This document shows, piece after piece, positions 18,180 to 28,717 of a stretch of DNA of 64,000 bases. The stretch spans positions 64,001 through 128,000 of the IMG/VR virus record IMGVR_UViG_3300044712_000991, one strand, 5' to 3'. Numbering within the stretch: position 1 is the stretch's first letter; each line of letters begins with the position of its first letter. The DNA is from a virus. The notes beneath the pieces were generated by a model. It saw only the letters and a list, made by a program, of their open reading frames with translations. It searched no databases and was not told the origin of the DNA. The position numbers and the translations under genes are program-made.

Positions 18180-20114
18180 CTAGGATGCTGATATGTACCC
18201 GTTATACCCCGACCTCTGGGAAGATGTGTTGCTAGCCACACAGCAGGACATGGTTGCCCCTAGACCAGCAAGGTTCACAGTAGACACCGTCACTGGAGAA
18301 GCGATGTTCGTTATGTCAACGACGGTGATGTTCTTATTGGTTGTCCCCAAGAGATACGCGTACTTCGTCACACCGTCGTAGGTAATGATGAGGTCGGATA
18401 CAGGACTGTTTACACTACCCAAATCACACACAAACGAGGGGATTGCGGGGTTCTGAACATCCCATACCGTAACACCATAGGTTGTTCCTGTAGTAGCTGT
18501 TCTACAGATGAACATGTATCGGTTGTCCATGATGTACACCCTGCCGATGGCAGAACTCGCGGGGTTTCCACTAGTATTAAACGTCCCAATGACACTTCCG
18601 CCGGAGGTCAGTGGTAGTTCATATGATCTCCACCCAGCCGATGATGTGAGAGACCAGAGAATGTTGGGAGATGCTGGCATCCTACGCTGAACCACTTGGC
18701 GAGTTTGAGATATTGCCGTGGATATGCCAGCCACCTGTAACGGGGACACGTAAGTGGCCGCCAGCGGAATGCTTAGATTTTCATCAAGATGTGCGGAAGA
18801 GAATCTGTCTGTGACCGAGTTTCCATCACCGTAGATAGCCCATAGCACATGGTCATCGGGGTCGAAAATCATGGAATCGGGGTGACGGTTTCCTGTCATC
18901 GCCCCCACATTAAGTTGTTGTAACATCGTGGGAGATGAGGGATCACTGAGTTCCCACGCTTGGTACCCTGTGTTGTACTGCGTGACGACCAACAATGGGG
19001 CGGCTAAAACGACGCCATACCCATCTGTAGATGTTGGAAACTTACTCCTGTATATAAGCGACCCAGGTGTGGCTGTCCAATCAAATGCGTACACCTGCCC
19101 GGAGGATGCCGTTCCCACAGCCATGTATATCAACGAGTCATCGTGCACCATGCGTATGGGCGGAGAACTATTGGTAATCTGCGTAGTGAAGTCGTGATCC
19201 ACAACGAGCGATGGTGCGGCACGAGAACTGATGTCTATGACATACAGGTGCTTGTTGTTGCTCGCGGCATACATGTATGTCGGAAGACTCAATGGTGTTA
19301 TGGTTACCTCCACAGCGTTTGAAAACGGTCCAGCGCCAGAAATGGGTATCTGTGCACTAACCTCGTAGGAGTAGGTAGCCCCAAGAGAAATACTTGAGTC
19401 GGTGTACGTCGTGGATGCTGAGTCACCAATAAGCACGTAATCTCCATCAACACCTATACACTTTCGGTATACGCTGTATGTGGTGGCTGATGGTATGCTA
19501 GACCATACGAGAACAACGGAAGAAGTTGTTGCCTCCTGGATGTATAGAACGGGTGTCACGACAGGTGGGGGCTCATACGACTGTGGAATGTTGATAGATC
19601 GCAGTCCATCAAACAGTTTTCGAATCTCTAGTTTGGAGGGTACCATTCGCACCCCAGGACACGATGTACCAACGACATCGCTGTGAAACAGAACATCCAC
19701 AAGATTAGGTAATTTTGCCACAGCCTCAGCTATTATGGCCCTCACCGAGTTTTGCTGTGCTATTGTGGGAACACCATCATCAAAGTTTCCAATGATGAGC
19801 ACATGCATGGCCTGGTAATTCATTTGCTTCTGTTCACAGGAGTCCGACACATCATGTACGTTGTATCGAAAAATATTGTGCAGGGGGACATTCTTTTCAT
19901 ACTGTAGAGGAGTTCCTCCTCGAATCCACCGCGAGGAAAGATCGAATCTACCGTTGGTGTTGATGACCACATCCTGACCGAGACCAAAGAAGCCTTCCTG
20001 GACAGCCGACTTGTTCACATCTTCTCCCGTTACAGGATAGAAGTGCTCCGACTGATGAAGCATGATGTACCGGATGTCGCTATTGTAGCGTATGTTCCGA
20101 CTGAGTTGTGCCAT
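18180..20114 (-). CDS. N-acetylmuramoyl-L-alanine amidase (Amidase_2) + FN3 + LVIVD-repeat protein
   Basis: YIMLHQS, IIGNFD..VPTIAQ and FHSDVVGTSCPG amidase motifs; FN3 segment (VVLVWS...YSYEVSA); repeated DISS..P / ELSDPSSP / DVQNPAIP / DITNIASP. Confidence 0.75.
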   Translation of the reverse strand: MAQLSRNIRYNSDIRYIMLHQSEHFYPVTGEDVNKSAVQEGFFGLGQDVVINTNGRFDLSSRWIRGGTPLQYEKNVPLHNIFRYNVHDVSDSCEQKQMNYQAMHVLIIGNFDDGVPTIAQQNSVRAIIAEAVAKLPNLVDVLFHSDVVGTSCPGVRMVPSKLEIRKLFDGLRSINIPQSYEPPPVVTPVLYIQEATTSSVVLVWSSIPSATTYSVYRKCIGVDGDYVLIGDSASTTYTDSSISLGATYSYEVSAQIPISGAGPFSNAVEVTITPLSLPTYMYAASNNKHLYVIDISSRAAPSLVVDHDFTTQITNSSPPIRMVHDDSLIYMAVGTASSGQVYAFDWTATPGSLIYRSKFPTSTDGYGVVLAAPLLVVTQYNTGYQAWELSDPSSPTMLQQLNVGAMTGNRHPDSMIFDPDDHVLWAIYGDGNSVTDRFSSAHLDENLSIPLAATYVSPLQVAGISTAISQTRQVVQRRMPASPNILWSLTSSAGWRSYELPLTSGGSVIGTFNTSGNPASSAIGRVYIMDNRYMFICRTATTGTTYGVTVWDVQNPAIPSFVCDLGSVNSPVSDLIITYDGVTKYAYLLGTTNKNITVVDITNIASPVTVSTVNLAGLGATMSCCVASNTSSQRSGYNGYISAS

Positions 20115-20115
20115 G

Positions 20116-22260
20116 CTAGTTGGTAATTACCTTAGGAATAGGCGCGACCGTCGTGCGCGTGGAGGTGCGTTTTCCCTTGTTAGTAGTTTTCGGCTGGTTA
20201 ACCGATGTGTCGCGTTCGAGTTTGATGTGACCATCCGTGGAATGGATCATATCGAACGATTGAGTGATTATCTCGGGTATGACCTCCCACGGTTTTCTAC
20301 CGTAGGACAGATGCAGCACGGTCTCATACCGACCACCGAACTGCAAAGAGTGGTCAACGCTCTCCACCCAGTACACCATGTTCCTGAACGGTATGTACAC
20401 AGGATACCCAGGATCGATCTCTGCCCTGCCCGTGATGGTTATCTGCCCCTGCATCTTGTTCGCCAAGAGTTTCTGAAGCGTGGCCTTGGCATAGAACAGA
20501 GCCTCCTCGGATGAAAAGGTAGTTGATCCCCCACCGAGAGACGATATGAAGGGGTTGGATACCGTGATGATCTTCGTGCCAAACTTGTACATCAGCATCT
20601 CATCGACGTACGAACCACGGTTGTAGTCAGATGATCCTTCGGACACGTTCTTACGTATATCTGGCTCTGAGGACACAACACACGCAGAGTACACATTGGT
20701 GTCATCCTCGACAAAACCGTAACTGATGATGGAGTCATCATCGACAATGTACAACTTGTCATTCTCCTGCGTGAGTAGCCACGCGTTAGAGTATCTCGGG
20801 GGATGAAACCATATGTGACCCTTCCTATCCGCATAGAAGTTGAAATTGGAGTCCGCCGCAGCCGAGTAGCAAATCTCCCGCCTGTTCTTGAACTCCGTTT
20901 GTACACTATCGGAGGTCTTGTAATTCATGTTATACGCTAGATACACATCCATCCCCGTCTCTGTGGGATCAACGACATGCACAGAGGACTTTGAAAACAA
21001 CGACCCAAGCATACCCTTGAAGTCTATGATGGAAAAGGTCGAGACATCCGTGTTGTTTCGGCGGACTACGAACATCCCTGTTTGCGGGTCGAACACGATG
21101 TTCTCGTTGCTGGTGTTCTTGGTCTTAGCCGCAGTGTACGTACCTATCCCTCTGAGTTTGATGTTCTTCAGACCATGTAGTTTGGACTTGGAATTCCCTT
21201 CGAACCCCTCCGACCCTATGGTGAGGAGACGAATAAGGTCAGGTGTGGTAAGACCTTGAAAAAGATTGGTATAGTAGTTGATGTAGTAGTTGTCACCGGC
21301 CGCAAAACGGAGAACCCCACCCACCTGGTCTGTTTCTGGGATGGCTGTCGGACTAAGAGGCACCACGGATAGTCTCATCCACTTCGTGACATCCTCCCCG
21401 TTGACGGTCACAACATTTCCCGTGTCCGAATAACTCATCTGCACCGTATTGACCAACCCCGTGAAGGCCTGCACGAGTTCCGTACGGGCTTGTTCACACA
21501 CTTGGTACTTTCCATCCGAGGACTTCTGAAACCTTCGCGACAGGAAGATTACCACGCGATCCATGGGCTCGATCTTACACCTACCGACCATGTTCTGGTC
21601 TGTGACGGATGCTTGATATTTCGTAGAGAAGTCGGAGTTGCTGTACTTCAAGAAAATGAACGTCCTAGGATGTGAAACACCATCTTGGTTCTTGACGTTG
21701 ATTGTAACAGAACTTCCATTGCTTGTGGGGCTGGTGAAAAACTCCTCGTTGTAGGTATCGGAGAAGCGTATGACGCGCCCACGGGAGTCAAATGCCCACC
21801 TCTCAGCCACAGTACCGTTGGGCAACCGTCGATACTGCATCACGCAGCGATCTTGTGTTTCAGTGTCGATAAGCACACCGTACTCGAAGGATAGCCACGG
21901 ACTCTTTCCATCCTTGTACCCATCGAATTCGTAGTAGGATACACCACCGCGAGCCCGTAATTTGTATGAGCGCTGTTCCATGTCACGCTTGACTTGAAAC
22001 TCGGAGTTGTTCCTGATGTTGCTTACCTCTTGGACAGGATCATCTGGTACGGAAAACTTGTTTGCCACATCATTCAACGTCAGACTGAACGTGCATGGAT
22101 TAGCCCCCACGGTGGTGGATATCTGCACGGACATGATCTCCTTGGCATATCCTGATGCCGTTAGAAGGTCTTCGGGCTTGAAGTTCTCAACATCTAGGTC
22201 TTTGAAGGACTTGAGAAACACCACGAGTGCATCGGGGTAGTAGTGGATGGTGGAGCCCAT
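20116..22260 (-). CDS. Baseplate hub protein (gp27/gpD-like)
   Basis: FYADRKGHIWFHPPRY, GQITITGRAEIDPGYPV, YWVESVDHS. Confidence 0.7.
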   Translation of the reverse strand: MGSTIHYYPDALVVFLKSFKDLDVENFKPEDLLTASGYAKEIMSVQISTTVGANPCTFSLTLNDVANKFSVPDDPVQEVSNIRNNSEFQVKRDMEQRSYKLRARGGVSYYEFDGYKDGKSPWLSFEYGVLIDTETQDRCVMQYRRLPNGTVAERWAFDSRGRVIRFSDTYNEEFFTSPTSNGSSVTINVKNQDGVSHPRTFIFLKYSNSDFSTKYQASVTDQNMVGRCKIEPMDRVVIFLSRRFQKSSDGKYQVCEQARTELVQAFTGLVNTVQMSYSDTGNVVTVNGEDVTKWMRLSVVPLSPTAIPETDQVGGVLRFAAGDNYYINYYTNLFQGLTTPDLIRLLTIGSEGFEGNSKSKLHGLKNIKLRGIGTYTAAKTKNTSNENIVFDPQTGMFVVRRNNTDVSTFSIIDFKGMLGSLFSKSSVHVVDPTETGMDVYLAYNMNYKTSDSVQTEFKNRREICYSAAADSNFNFYADRKGHIWFHPPRYSNAWLLTQENDKLYIVDDDSIISYGFVEDDTNVYSACVVSSEPDIRKNVSEGSSDYNRGSYVDEMLMYKFGTKIITVSNPFISSLGGGSTTFSSEEALFYAKATLQKLLANKMQGQITITGRAEIDPGYPVYIPFRNMVYWVESVDHSLQFGGRYETVLHLSYGRKPWEVIPEIITQSFDMIHSTDGHIKLERDTSVNQPKTTNKGKRTSTRTTVAPIPKVITN

Positions 22261-22265
22261 GAGGT

Positions 22266-23102
22266 CTAGTTCCCATACTTGGTGTACGGTGCCATGGTCT
22301 GTGTTGAAACGGCTACTTCGCCACGGATGCTCGGAGAGAGAGATGACACATTCATCTCGTTCAATATCTTCATAGTGAAACTATAGGAGAACTGGAATGG
22401 TTTTTCGGCATCATGTACTGGTCCCGTAAATCCCGTGAAGTATCCTACATAGAACGTATCGTACACGGATATGCCGAGAAGACTCAACTGATCCCTGTTT
22501 CTTACAGCATGGTCTACATCGTACAGTTGCCGAAGCTCCACGAGCCTATTCCACGCTTTTGTATTGGTTATGGACTCGAAGTTCTCGATACCATCTACGC
22601 CAGTAGTTATGTTCTTTGTAGACACCGCATCATTGGGGTTTGAAACAATGGCGACCGTAGATCGCCTGTGAGTTCCTCCGGACACCCCATCTATAGTGAG
22701 GTCTGTAAGAGCATCCCCCCAGTGCTGAACTTCCCAACCACCGCGTGTGCGTATCTCCGAGTGCAATTTTTGGTATGTGGGTGTAAGTCGTTGGGGGTTG
22801 ACATAGAACGTGAACACTTGGTATGTCTTATCCTCGGGCTTTCCTGTAGGGATATACAACTTCTCCGCCCCTCCGAGAATGACGTACTGCCCACGGAAGT
22901 CCAAGTATACCCTGGTAGGTGTAGAGGCTGCGAGTGGTTGCCCGACAGGCCGTTCCCCGAGGTCTATGGATTGCGTTCCGTCGCCATTGTCGAACACCTT
23001 GTCCGCCGTAACCCCCTGAAGATAGCGTGTCGGAGCAACATCGAGGCGACCATCGCTACCTCGGACGAGTTTGAATATCTTTATGGGGATGCGCTGTGGC
23101 AT
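22266..23102 (-). CDS. Tail tube initiator/distal-tail-like protein
   Basis: FYVNPQ, RTRGGWEVQHWGD and FQFSYSFT; follows the tape measure gene. Confidence 0.6.
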   Translation of the reverse strand: MPQRIPIKIFKLVRGSDGRLDVAPTRYLQGVTADKVFDNGDGTQSIDLGERPVGQPLAASTPTRVYLDFRGQYVILGGAEKLYIPTGKPEDKTYQVFTFYVNPQRLTPTYQKLHSEIRTRGGWEVQHWGDALTDLTIDGVSGGTHRRSTVAIVSNPNDAVSTKNITTGVDGIENFESITNTKAWNRLVELRQLYDVDHAVRNRDQLSLLGISVYDTFYVGYFTGFTGPVHDAEKPFQFSYSFTMKILNEMNVSSLSPSIRGEVAVSTQTMAPYTKYGN

Positions 23103-23128
23103 GATTCAAGCCTTACTTGATATGCAAA

Positions 23129-25105
23129 TCATTTGTTCATGGTACGAGGAGTAACATAGTTCTGGCGAGTGGCGGCATCTTTCATAAGACTCGCTACATA
23201 CTCCCCATCGATGTAGTTATGCACCACAACATTCACCGATTGCCCAGCACTACCTCCGCCAGATTGATTTTGTGATTGTGCGCCACTAGATGGTGTGCCC
23301 CTAGGTGTCTGGACCCCATTACGTTCGGCTTCTTTTTTTAAGAATTCAGTCGAAAATCTATTTGTCTCATCCATGAAATCCTGATCCAAAAAACCGAGAC
23401 TCATACTACCAGCACCTTTGAATATTCTACCGAGAGTTCCCGCTATTTTACCTAGTATACCAGGTTGTTTGGCTACTTCTTCGGCTACTTTGGCTGCCTT
23501 GAGAGCACCTGTTGATGTCGAGGTGGTGGTTGCATCCTGTAGATAGCTTGGAGCGACCGTTGTGACTTTAGAGGCTGTCTCTGCTGCTGTCTCAGCGACT
23601 TTACCTGCTACTGCGGGGACTTTGGTTCTCCACTTTTTTACCATGCTCCATGCTATGCCACCGAGCACCATAGGTAGAGCACCAGACCCCAGGACTGTAT
23701 CGATACCTGTTCCAAGAACGTCCTGCATGGGACCCATCATTTTGAACTGCTTGAAGAACGCATCTAGAGCATCTTGCCACGATGCTGCTTTCGCTATCAT
23801 GTCATCAAGGGCTTTGGCAAAATCAGCTAGATTTTTATCCGCAATTTCTTTCATTTTGGCATCAATGCTTTGACCAGGAGTCAACTTCGATATGTCGATA
23901 TCCTCAGACATACCGAGTTGGAGCATGCTCGGTACATCATACCCCGGGGATACACGAGGTTTGAGAAAACTTTGATACTGGAAAGAACTCGCACGAGCGT
24001 AGTCAATTTTGCCATCGGGCGTTGTTGGTAGAAGACTCCGAGCATATTGTTGTTGCACGGCCGCAAGTTTACCGGGGTCTTGGGCTTGCATGGCACCCAA
24101 TGCATCTGCCATGGACTGCCCCTTATCCGTATACGGTTTGAACGCTGCTTTTATGACGGGGTTGTTTTTCAGAGGCTCCAAGAACATCGCTAGGTGTTGT
24201 CTAGCAGTAGCTGCCTCTTGTCCTTGCCCAACGAGAGTATTATTCCTCTCGTACATCTCAACCATACCCTGAGGAGACAACTTCAACTGCCTAGCAACAA
24301 GGTTGAGTTGCTGGATGTTCGCCATGGCCTGATGGGGTCCCATGTTCTTCCCCATATCTGTCATGAGACGGATATTGGTTTCCATGGTATCATTCAGGTT
24401 ACCCATAACAGAGTTACCGCTCGCCCACATATCGTGAAGCATCACGGTCTCCGCCAACGCCATCTCCATCGTGTTCCCGTACTGCGCAAACGTGTCTTGT
24501 AGTTGTGATATGAAACGACTGTAGTCGGCACCCGTGCGAGACAGACCTGCCACAAGTTCCAGATAGTCTTCTTTCCTGGAGGCTGTCATATCCTTTTCAT
24601 ACTTCAGCCTGTATCCGATATCGTTGACCGTCTTCATATACAATTGTACGAACTCCTTGCCGTACTTGTACTGAAGATCGAGGGTCTTCTTAGTGAACCC
24701 AAACGCCGCAGCAAATCCCCCCTCGCCCGACATATCACCGCCCCGTACAGCATAAAGGGACAACCGAGTCTGGTTTATCTCCTGCCGGAGAGTCTTGAGA
24801 TTCATGACTACGCCAAGAACGGCGGCGGAGACCATTGTGACGTTCTGTGAATTGAACGCCCCCTTGATACCACCTCCAGCGGCCTTGCTCTCGTCCCGCA
24901 CACGGCGCAGAGCACCGACAACAGTCTCCAACTGCTTGTTCAACTGGTACACAGCGAACGTGGCTGTCAGAGGGTTCTTGCTCATGTCATACAGAAGACC
25001 CTTCATCTGTGTCAGCAGGGATATTCCCGACTGCATGGATGCTAGGGTGGCTCCTGTGAGAGCAGCAGAGGTATCTGCACTATTTGGTTTTTCTTCTTCG
25101 GCCAT
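23129..25105 (-). CDS. Tape measure protein
   Basis: 658 aa, helical and Ala/Gln-rich; downstream of the tube and chaperone genes; C-terminal VNVVVHNYIDG. Confidence 0.7.
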   Translation of the reverse strand: MAEEEKPNSADTSAALTGATLASMQSGISLLTQMKGLLYDMSKNPLTATFAVYQLNKQLETVVGALRRVRDESKAAGGGIKGAFNSQNVTMVSAAVLGVVMNLKTLRQEINQTRLSLYAVRGGDMSGEGGFAAAFGFTKKTLDLQYKYGKEFVQLYMKTVNDIGYRLKYEKDMTASRKEDYLELVAGLSRTGADYSRFISQLQDTFAQYGNTMEMALAETVMLHDMWASGNSVMGNLNDTMETNIRLMTDMGKNMGPHQAMANIQQLNLVARQLKLSPQGMVEMYERNNTLVGQGQEAATARQHLAMFLEPLKNNPVIKAAFKPYTDKGQSMADALGAMQAQDPGKLAAVQQQYARSLLPTTPDGKIDYARASSFQYQSFLKPRVSPGYDVPSMLQLGMSEDIDISKLTPGQSIDAKMKEIADKNLADFAKALDDMIAKAASWQDALDAFFKQFKMMGPMQDVLGTGIDTVLGSGALPMVLGGIAWSMVKKWRTKVPAVAGKVAETAAETASKVTTVAPSYLQDATTTSTSTGALKAAKVAEEVAKQPGILGKIAGTLGRIFKGAGSMSLGFLDQDFMDETNRFSTEFLKKEAERNGVQTPRGTPSSGAQSQNQSGGGSAGQSVNVVVHNYIDGEYVASLMKDAATRQNYVTPRTMNK

Positions 25106-25106
25106 G

Positions 25107-25826
25107 TTAGACTATGATATCCAAATCTTGGGATGACTGTTCGTTACCTTCATCATCGGACTTCTTTAGTTCACGAAACACCTTCTTGTCGGACTCCGAT
25201 ACTCCAAACGTACCAGAGATCATGCGCGTTCGTGCCTCTTCGTAGTTGACGTTCTTACGCTTTCCGCCCTCGCTCTTTTGTTGTGCACGGTAGAGTTCGA
25301 TGTCCAACCACGGTTTAAGACTCTCCACGATATCGATGGTGAACTTGCGCTCACCATTCTTGTGGGTCATACTCGCGAAGGCTATCCACAGGCGCTGTTC
25401 CATAGACAGCGGTGGTGGCATAATGGTCGAAATACCTATGGATGTCGCTATCTCCCACTGGAACTTTGAGTACGTGGTGCTCACATACTCCCCTATCTCC
25501 TTTTGAAAGTAGGTATACCATGCGCCGTACTTCTCAACAACTGCCACGGATATCATGTCCACCACAACAACGCCCGAGGACAAAATGAACTCCCTAAGTT
25601 CATCCTTGCTGATACTAGACTCCTTGACCTTCACGACACAGTTCACAAGCTTGTCCACGGCATCCATGGTGTCCGCTACGGGAGCGAGGCTTATGGTGAA
25701 CCCCATGGACTGCAACGGACTCACGCACGATCCATAGAAGGGGTAAACCACCACCTGAGGGTAGACCCCGAAGAACAAGAACTGCTCAATGTCCCTATGG
25801 GTGAACTTCGGGTTCTGTGGTGTCAC
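25107..25826 (-). CDS. Tail assembly chaperone (second)
   Basis: Sits before the tape measure gene; GTG start with a GGAG RBS. Confidence 0.5.
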   Translation of the reverse strand: MTPQNPKFTHRDIEQFLFFGVYPQVVVYPFYGSCVSPLQSMGFTISLAPVADTMDAVDKLVNCVVKVKESSISKDELREFILSSGVVVVDMISVAVVEKYGAWYTYFQKEIGEYVSTTYSKFQWEIATSIGISTIMPPPLSMEQRLWIAFASMTHKNGERKFTIDIVESLKPWLDIELYRAQQKSEGGKRKNVNYEEARTRMISGTFGVSESDKKVFRELKKSDDEGNEQSSQDLDIIV

Positions 25827-26583
25827 CGCTGTCTCCGAGTTCTATGAGATACGTCTTATAGTCCTCAAGCGATGTGAAGTCAGCCTGAGTCAGGATGCGT
25901 GGGGTTGCCACTTCTGGTGCCGCACCCGCATCTTCTTTCTTGGGTGTGTCATCTACCCTTGGGGTTTCAAAATCAAACCCATCTTCATCCACGACAGTTT
26001 GATCACACGCCGCACACACGTATTCGGCGGTGTTGAAGCGTATCTTTCTATCCTTGTCTCCCAACGCCGTGGTCTGCTTCTTACACACCGCGCACTGGTG
26101 GAGACCCATGACCTTCCGTACCTGCTTGTTCTGAAGTTCTGTGTACAGGGTATACAGGTAGTCCAGAAAGTATTGTTCGAAGTCCTGGATGAACACCCGT
26201 TTGTACTCCACCTCACTTAGGAGGGTCTTGTGCGCCTGATTGTACGCATCGAGGTCTTCCTTGTTGGCCACGGTCTGACCATCTATCGCCCACAACGCCC
26301 TCGCCATGACTTCCTTCTTGAGAGCCTGTTCCTGAGCGGTTGCGGACACGGTGGACACCGCTTCTAGAGCGGACTCTATTTCCTTGACGTTCAGAAGGCG
26401 GAGACTCACCGTACGCCCGCGCCAGGATTCTATACCGTACCACGGTCGAAAAGGCTTTAGGACGGTGATGCCAGATGAACTGAGTGCAGTGAGTTCTGTG
26501 AGGACTTTGAGGATGGAGGTAGACATACGACGTACCTTATACTGTGAGGAAGAAAAACACCCGGCGACGTCTTGAGTCGCCAT
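25795..26583 (-). CDS. Tail assembly chaperone with a Zn-ribbon
   Basis: Follows the tube gene; contains CAVC...CAAC. Confidence 0.5.
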   Translation of the reverse strand: MATQDVAGCFSSSQYKVRRMSTSILKVLTELTALSSSGITVLKPFRPWYGIESWRGRTVSLRLLNVKEIESALEAVSTVSATAQEQALKKEVMARALWAIDGQTVANKEDLDAYNQAHKTLLSEVEYKRVFIQDFEQYFLDYLYTLYTELQNKQVRKVMGLHQCAVCKKQTTALGDKDRKIRFNTAEYVCAACDQTVVDEDGFDFETPRVDDTPKKEDAGAAPEVATPRILTQADFTSLEDYKTYLIELGDSGDTTEPEVHP

Positions 26584-26643
26584 CGCCGGGTGTTGTAGTG
26601 GTCATTGCCACGGGTGTAATGAGGGGGAAGTGTTTGAGGTGCA

Positions 26644-27102
26644 CTAGGACATGAAGATGCGCTCTACTTCGAGTGCCACGTTCTCCTTGGTGGTTATCTG
26701 ACCTTCCTGGATGGTCTTTGTCCACGAGGTGATCCAGCACCTGTCGTACGTGATGATACGGGACTCCCCATTGGGTCCCGTGAGTTGCTCGACGATGGTG
26801 ATGGGGTCGCGAATCTGCGCCATGGACTCCCCGAAAATGTTGAACCCGAGTGCCTGAGTGACGCTCTTGTTGTAGGTCTCGATGCGGTCGATGGTGATCT
26901 TGAACTCCGACCTCCCTGGCACAATCTCAAATGTGTCTTCCAGGGTGTTGAGAATCTCACGTACGCGCTCGACAGCACGACTCCCGCTCGGATTGAACCC
27001 CTGAAGGGTACCGATCTCCACGCCGTTCGCCTTGATCGTGTACGCATAACTCACGACGGACTGTGTGTTCGGGATGACTGTGGCTGGATGAATGTTAAGC
27101 AT
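26644..27102 (-). CDS. Tail tube protein
   Basis: 152 aa directly after the sheath; YTIKANGVEIG, ITYDRCWITSW; start re-called at 27102. Confidence 0.8.
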   Translation of the reverse strand: MLNIHPATVIPNTQSVVSYAYTIKANGVEIGTLQGFNPSGSRAVERVREILNTLEDTFEIVPGRSEFKITIDRIETYNKSVTQALGFNIFGESMAQIRDPITIVEQLTGPNGESRIITYDRCWITSWTKTIQEGQITTKENVALEVERIFMS

Positions 27103-27125
27103 GGGCTGTCTCCTATGATTCGATG

Positions 27126-28616
27126 TTAGACGTACGTGCTGACCGTGACGGTGATGTACTTCAACGGATACAGGTACTTGATGGAGCACGTGGCGTTGAT
27201 ACGCCGTGGCTCCTGCGGGTCCTGTACCGCCGTGATCTTGGTCTCACCTGTCGTGGGGTCATCCTTGGTGCCGTACCCGAAAATCTCACCCTCCGTGCGC
27301 ATAGCGTTCAGAATTGACCGGATGGTCGCCTCCACATCCCGTGGAGTGCTCGGGTTGATGGTCTTGCCCTTGTTCGTGTACGTCTCGAACAGCTTGGTCT
27401 CCAACGTACGTTGCACATTGCGCTTCTGACCAATGACACTCTGTTCTTGCGTATCAGCCGATGTGGAGTCGGTGGTGATGGCATCACGGATGGTATTCAC
27501 CCCCGCGACATTCTGCACGACACACACACCACCTGCTCCGAGGGAATCCATCTGGAACATGTCCCACTTCTCTTCCTCGATGGTGAAGCCCACAAGCGTA
27601 GCGCCTGTGATTGGTGTTGACCTCAGGTCTTCCGCCGAGCGACGACCACCGATGGCGCACGCAAGGTACGATGCATCGAGTTCGATGCGGTTGTTGTTCG
27701 AGTCAAAACGCCACACGTACGATGGGGCAGGGACGATAACATCTTCATGCCCGTACGCCGAGGCCTTGCCAAGGTACGATGCGGGAGTCGATGAGTCACC
27801 GATGGTGTCGAACCCTGTAGGGTTGTAGTACGGAGATGCACATCCGTAGAACATCCCGCGCCAGCGACCCTTCATACCCATGAGTTGGGTGTGCTGGAAC
27901 AGGTAGGTCTGCACATCATCCCTGAGAGTACTCGGTGTGAGCGACCCACTCGGGAAGATACACACGATCTCCTCGATGTTGCTCTTCTTGCGGAGTTTGT
28001 CGATGGCATCCCGATAGGCGGCAGCCGTGGGGTTCGTGGATGAGCCCGATACTTGGACACAGATGACTGCGGGGGCACCGTTCTCAAGTGCCAGACTACC
28101 GGCCACTGAGAGGCTTCCCGAGGTGTTGTTCTCTGGACCGAAGAAACTCACGAGGTCGTTTTTGTCGGAGAACGTTGTTGGCAGGAACTGTGTCGAGGGC
28201 ACGCTGTACGAGTAACTCACGTAGTACACACTGCCCGATGCAGGTACACTGCCTGTCGCGACCATCACCGGGTCTTGCGACCAATTGAGGCGACCATCAC
28301 CGACACTTCCGTACATCGATCCGCTGTACAGACTTCCGTACAGACCGGGAATGGCATCGATGTCGTTGCTCGATGATCCTGCGGTATACACGAGACCCGT
28401 GCGTTTGGCGATCTTGGAGATGACCACATTGGTCGTGGGGTATCCTGCGAGATAGTCCGTACCCCCGAGACCGCGTGTGACACTCTCGTCTACAACTGTG
28501 CGAAATGTCGGGCCTGTGCCAACGATGGCAAGAAGGCGTGCGTCCCCTGCGATGTTGATTACACGCGGATTGGGGACAACATTGACATCCACTTTCGGCG
28601 GCGAATATTGACTCAT
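27126..28616 (-). CDS. Contractile tail sheath protein
   Basis: ALENGAPAVICV, LGAGGVCVV, IRDAITT, KYLYPLKYITVT; start re-called at MSQYSPPKV. Confidence 0.9.
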   Translation of the reverse strand: MSQYSPPKVDVNVVPNPRVINIAGDARLLAIVGTGPTFRTVVDESVTRGLGGTDYLAGYPTTNVVISKIAKRTGLVYTAGSSSNDIDAIPGLYGSLYSGSMYGSVGDGRLNWSQDPVMVATGSVPASGSVYYVSYSYSVPSTQFLPTTFSDKNDLVSFFGPENNTSGSLSVAGSLALENGAPAVICVQVSGSSTNPTAAAYRDAIDKLRKKSNIEEIVCIFPSGSLTPSTLRDDVQTYLFQHTQLMGMKGRWRGMFYGCASPYYNPTGFDTIGDSSTPASYLGKASAYGHEDVIVPAPSYVWRFDSNNNRIELDASYLACAIGGRRSAEDLRSTPITGATLVGFTIEEEKWDMFQMDSLGAGGVCVVQNVAGVNTIRDAITTDSTSADTQEQSVIGQKRNVQRTLETKLFETYTNKGKTINPSTPRDVEATIRSILNAMRTEGEIFGYGTKDDPTTGETKITAVQDPQEPRRINATCSIKYLYPLKYITVTVSTYV

Positions 28617-28689
28617 ACGAGGTCTCCTTACGGCTGTATTCGATGAATAGGGGCAACGGCTTACCATCCTATACTTAACCAAATACAGA

Positions 28690-28705
28690 CCAAATTTATA
28701 GGGGG
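28690..28705 (-). promoter_or_regulatory. Putative late promoter motif CCCCCTATAAATTTGG (upstream of sheath)
   Basis: Exact 16-bp copy also found at 46125-46140. Confidence 0.65.
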
Positions 28706-28717
28706 AGCACGTTTTTT

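Noticed and set aside
25795-25826. Programmed -1 frameshift between the two tail chaperones
   Set aside because: The second ORF is in the +1 frame, no XXXYYYZ slippery site is seen, and it has its own GGAG RBS and GTG start.
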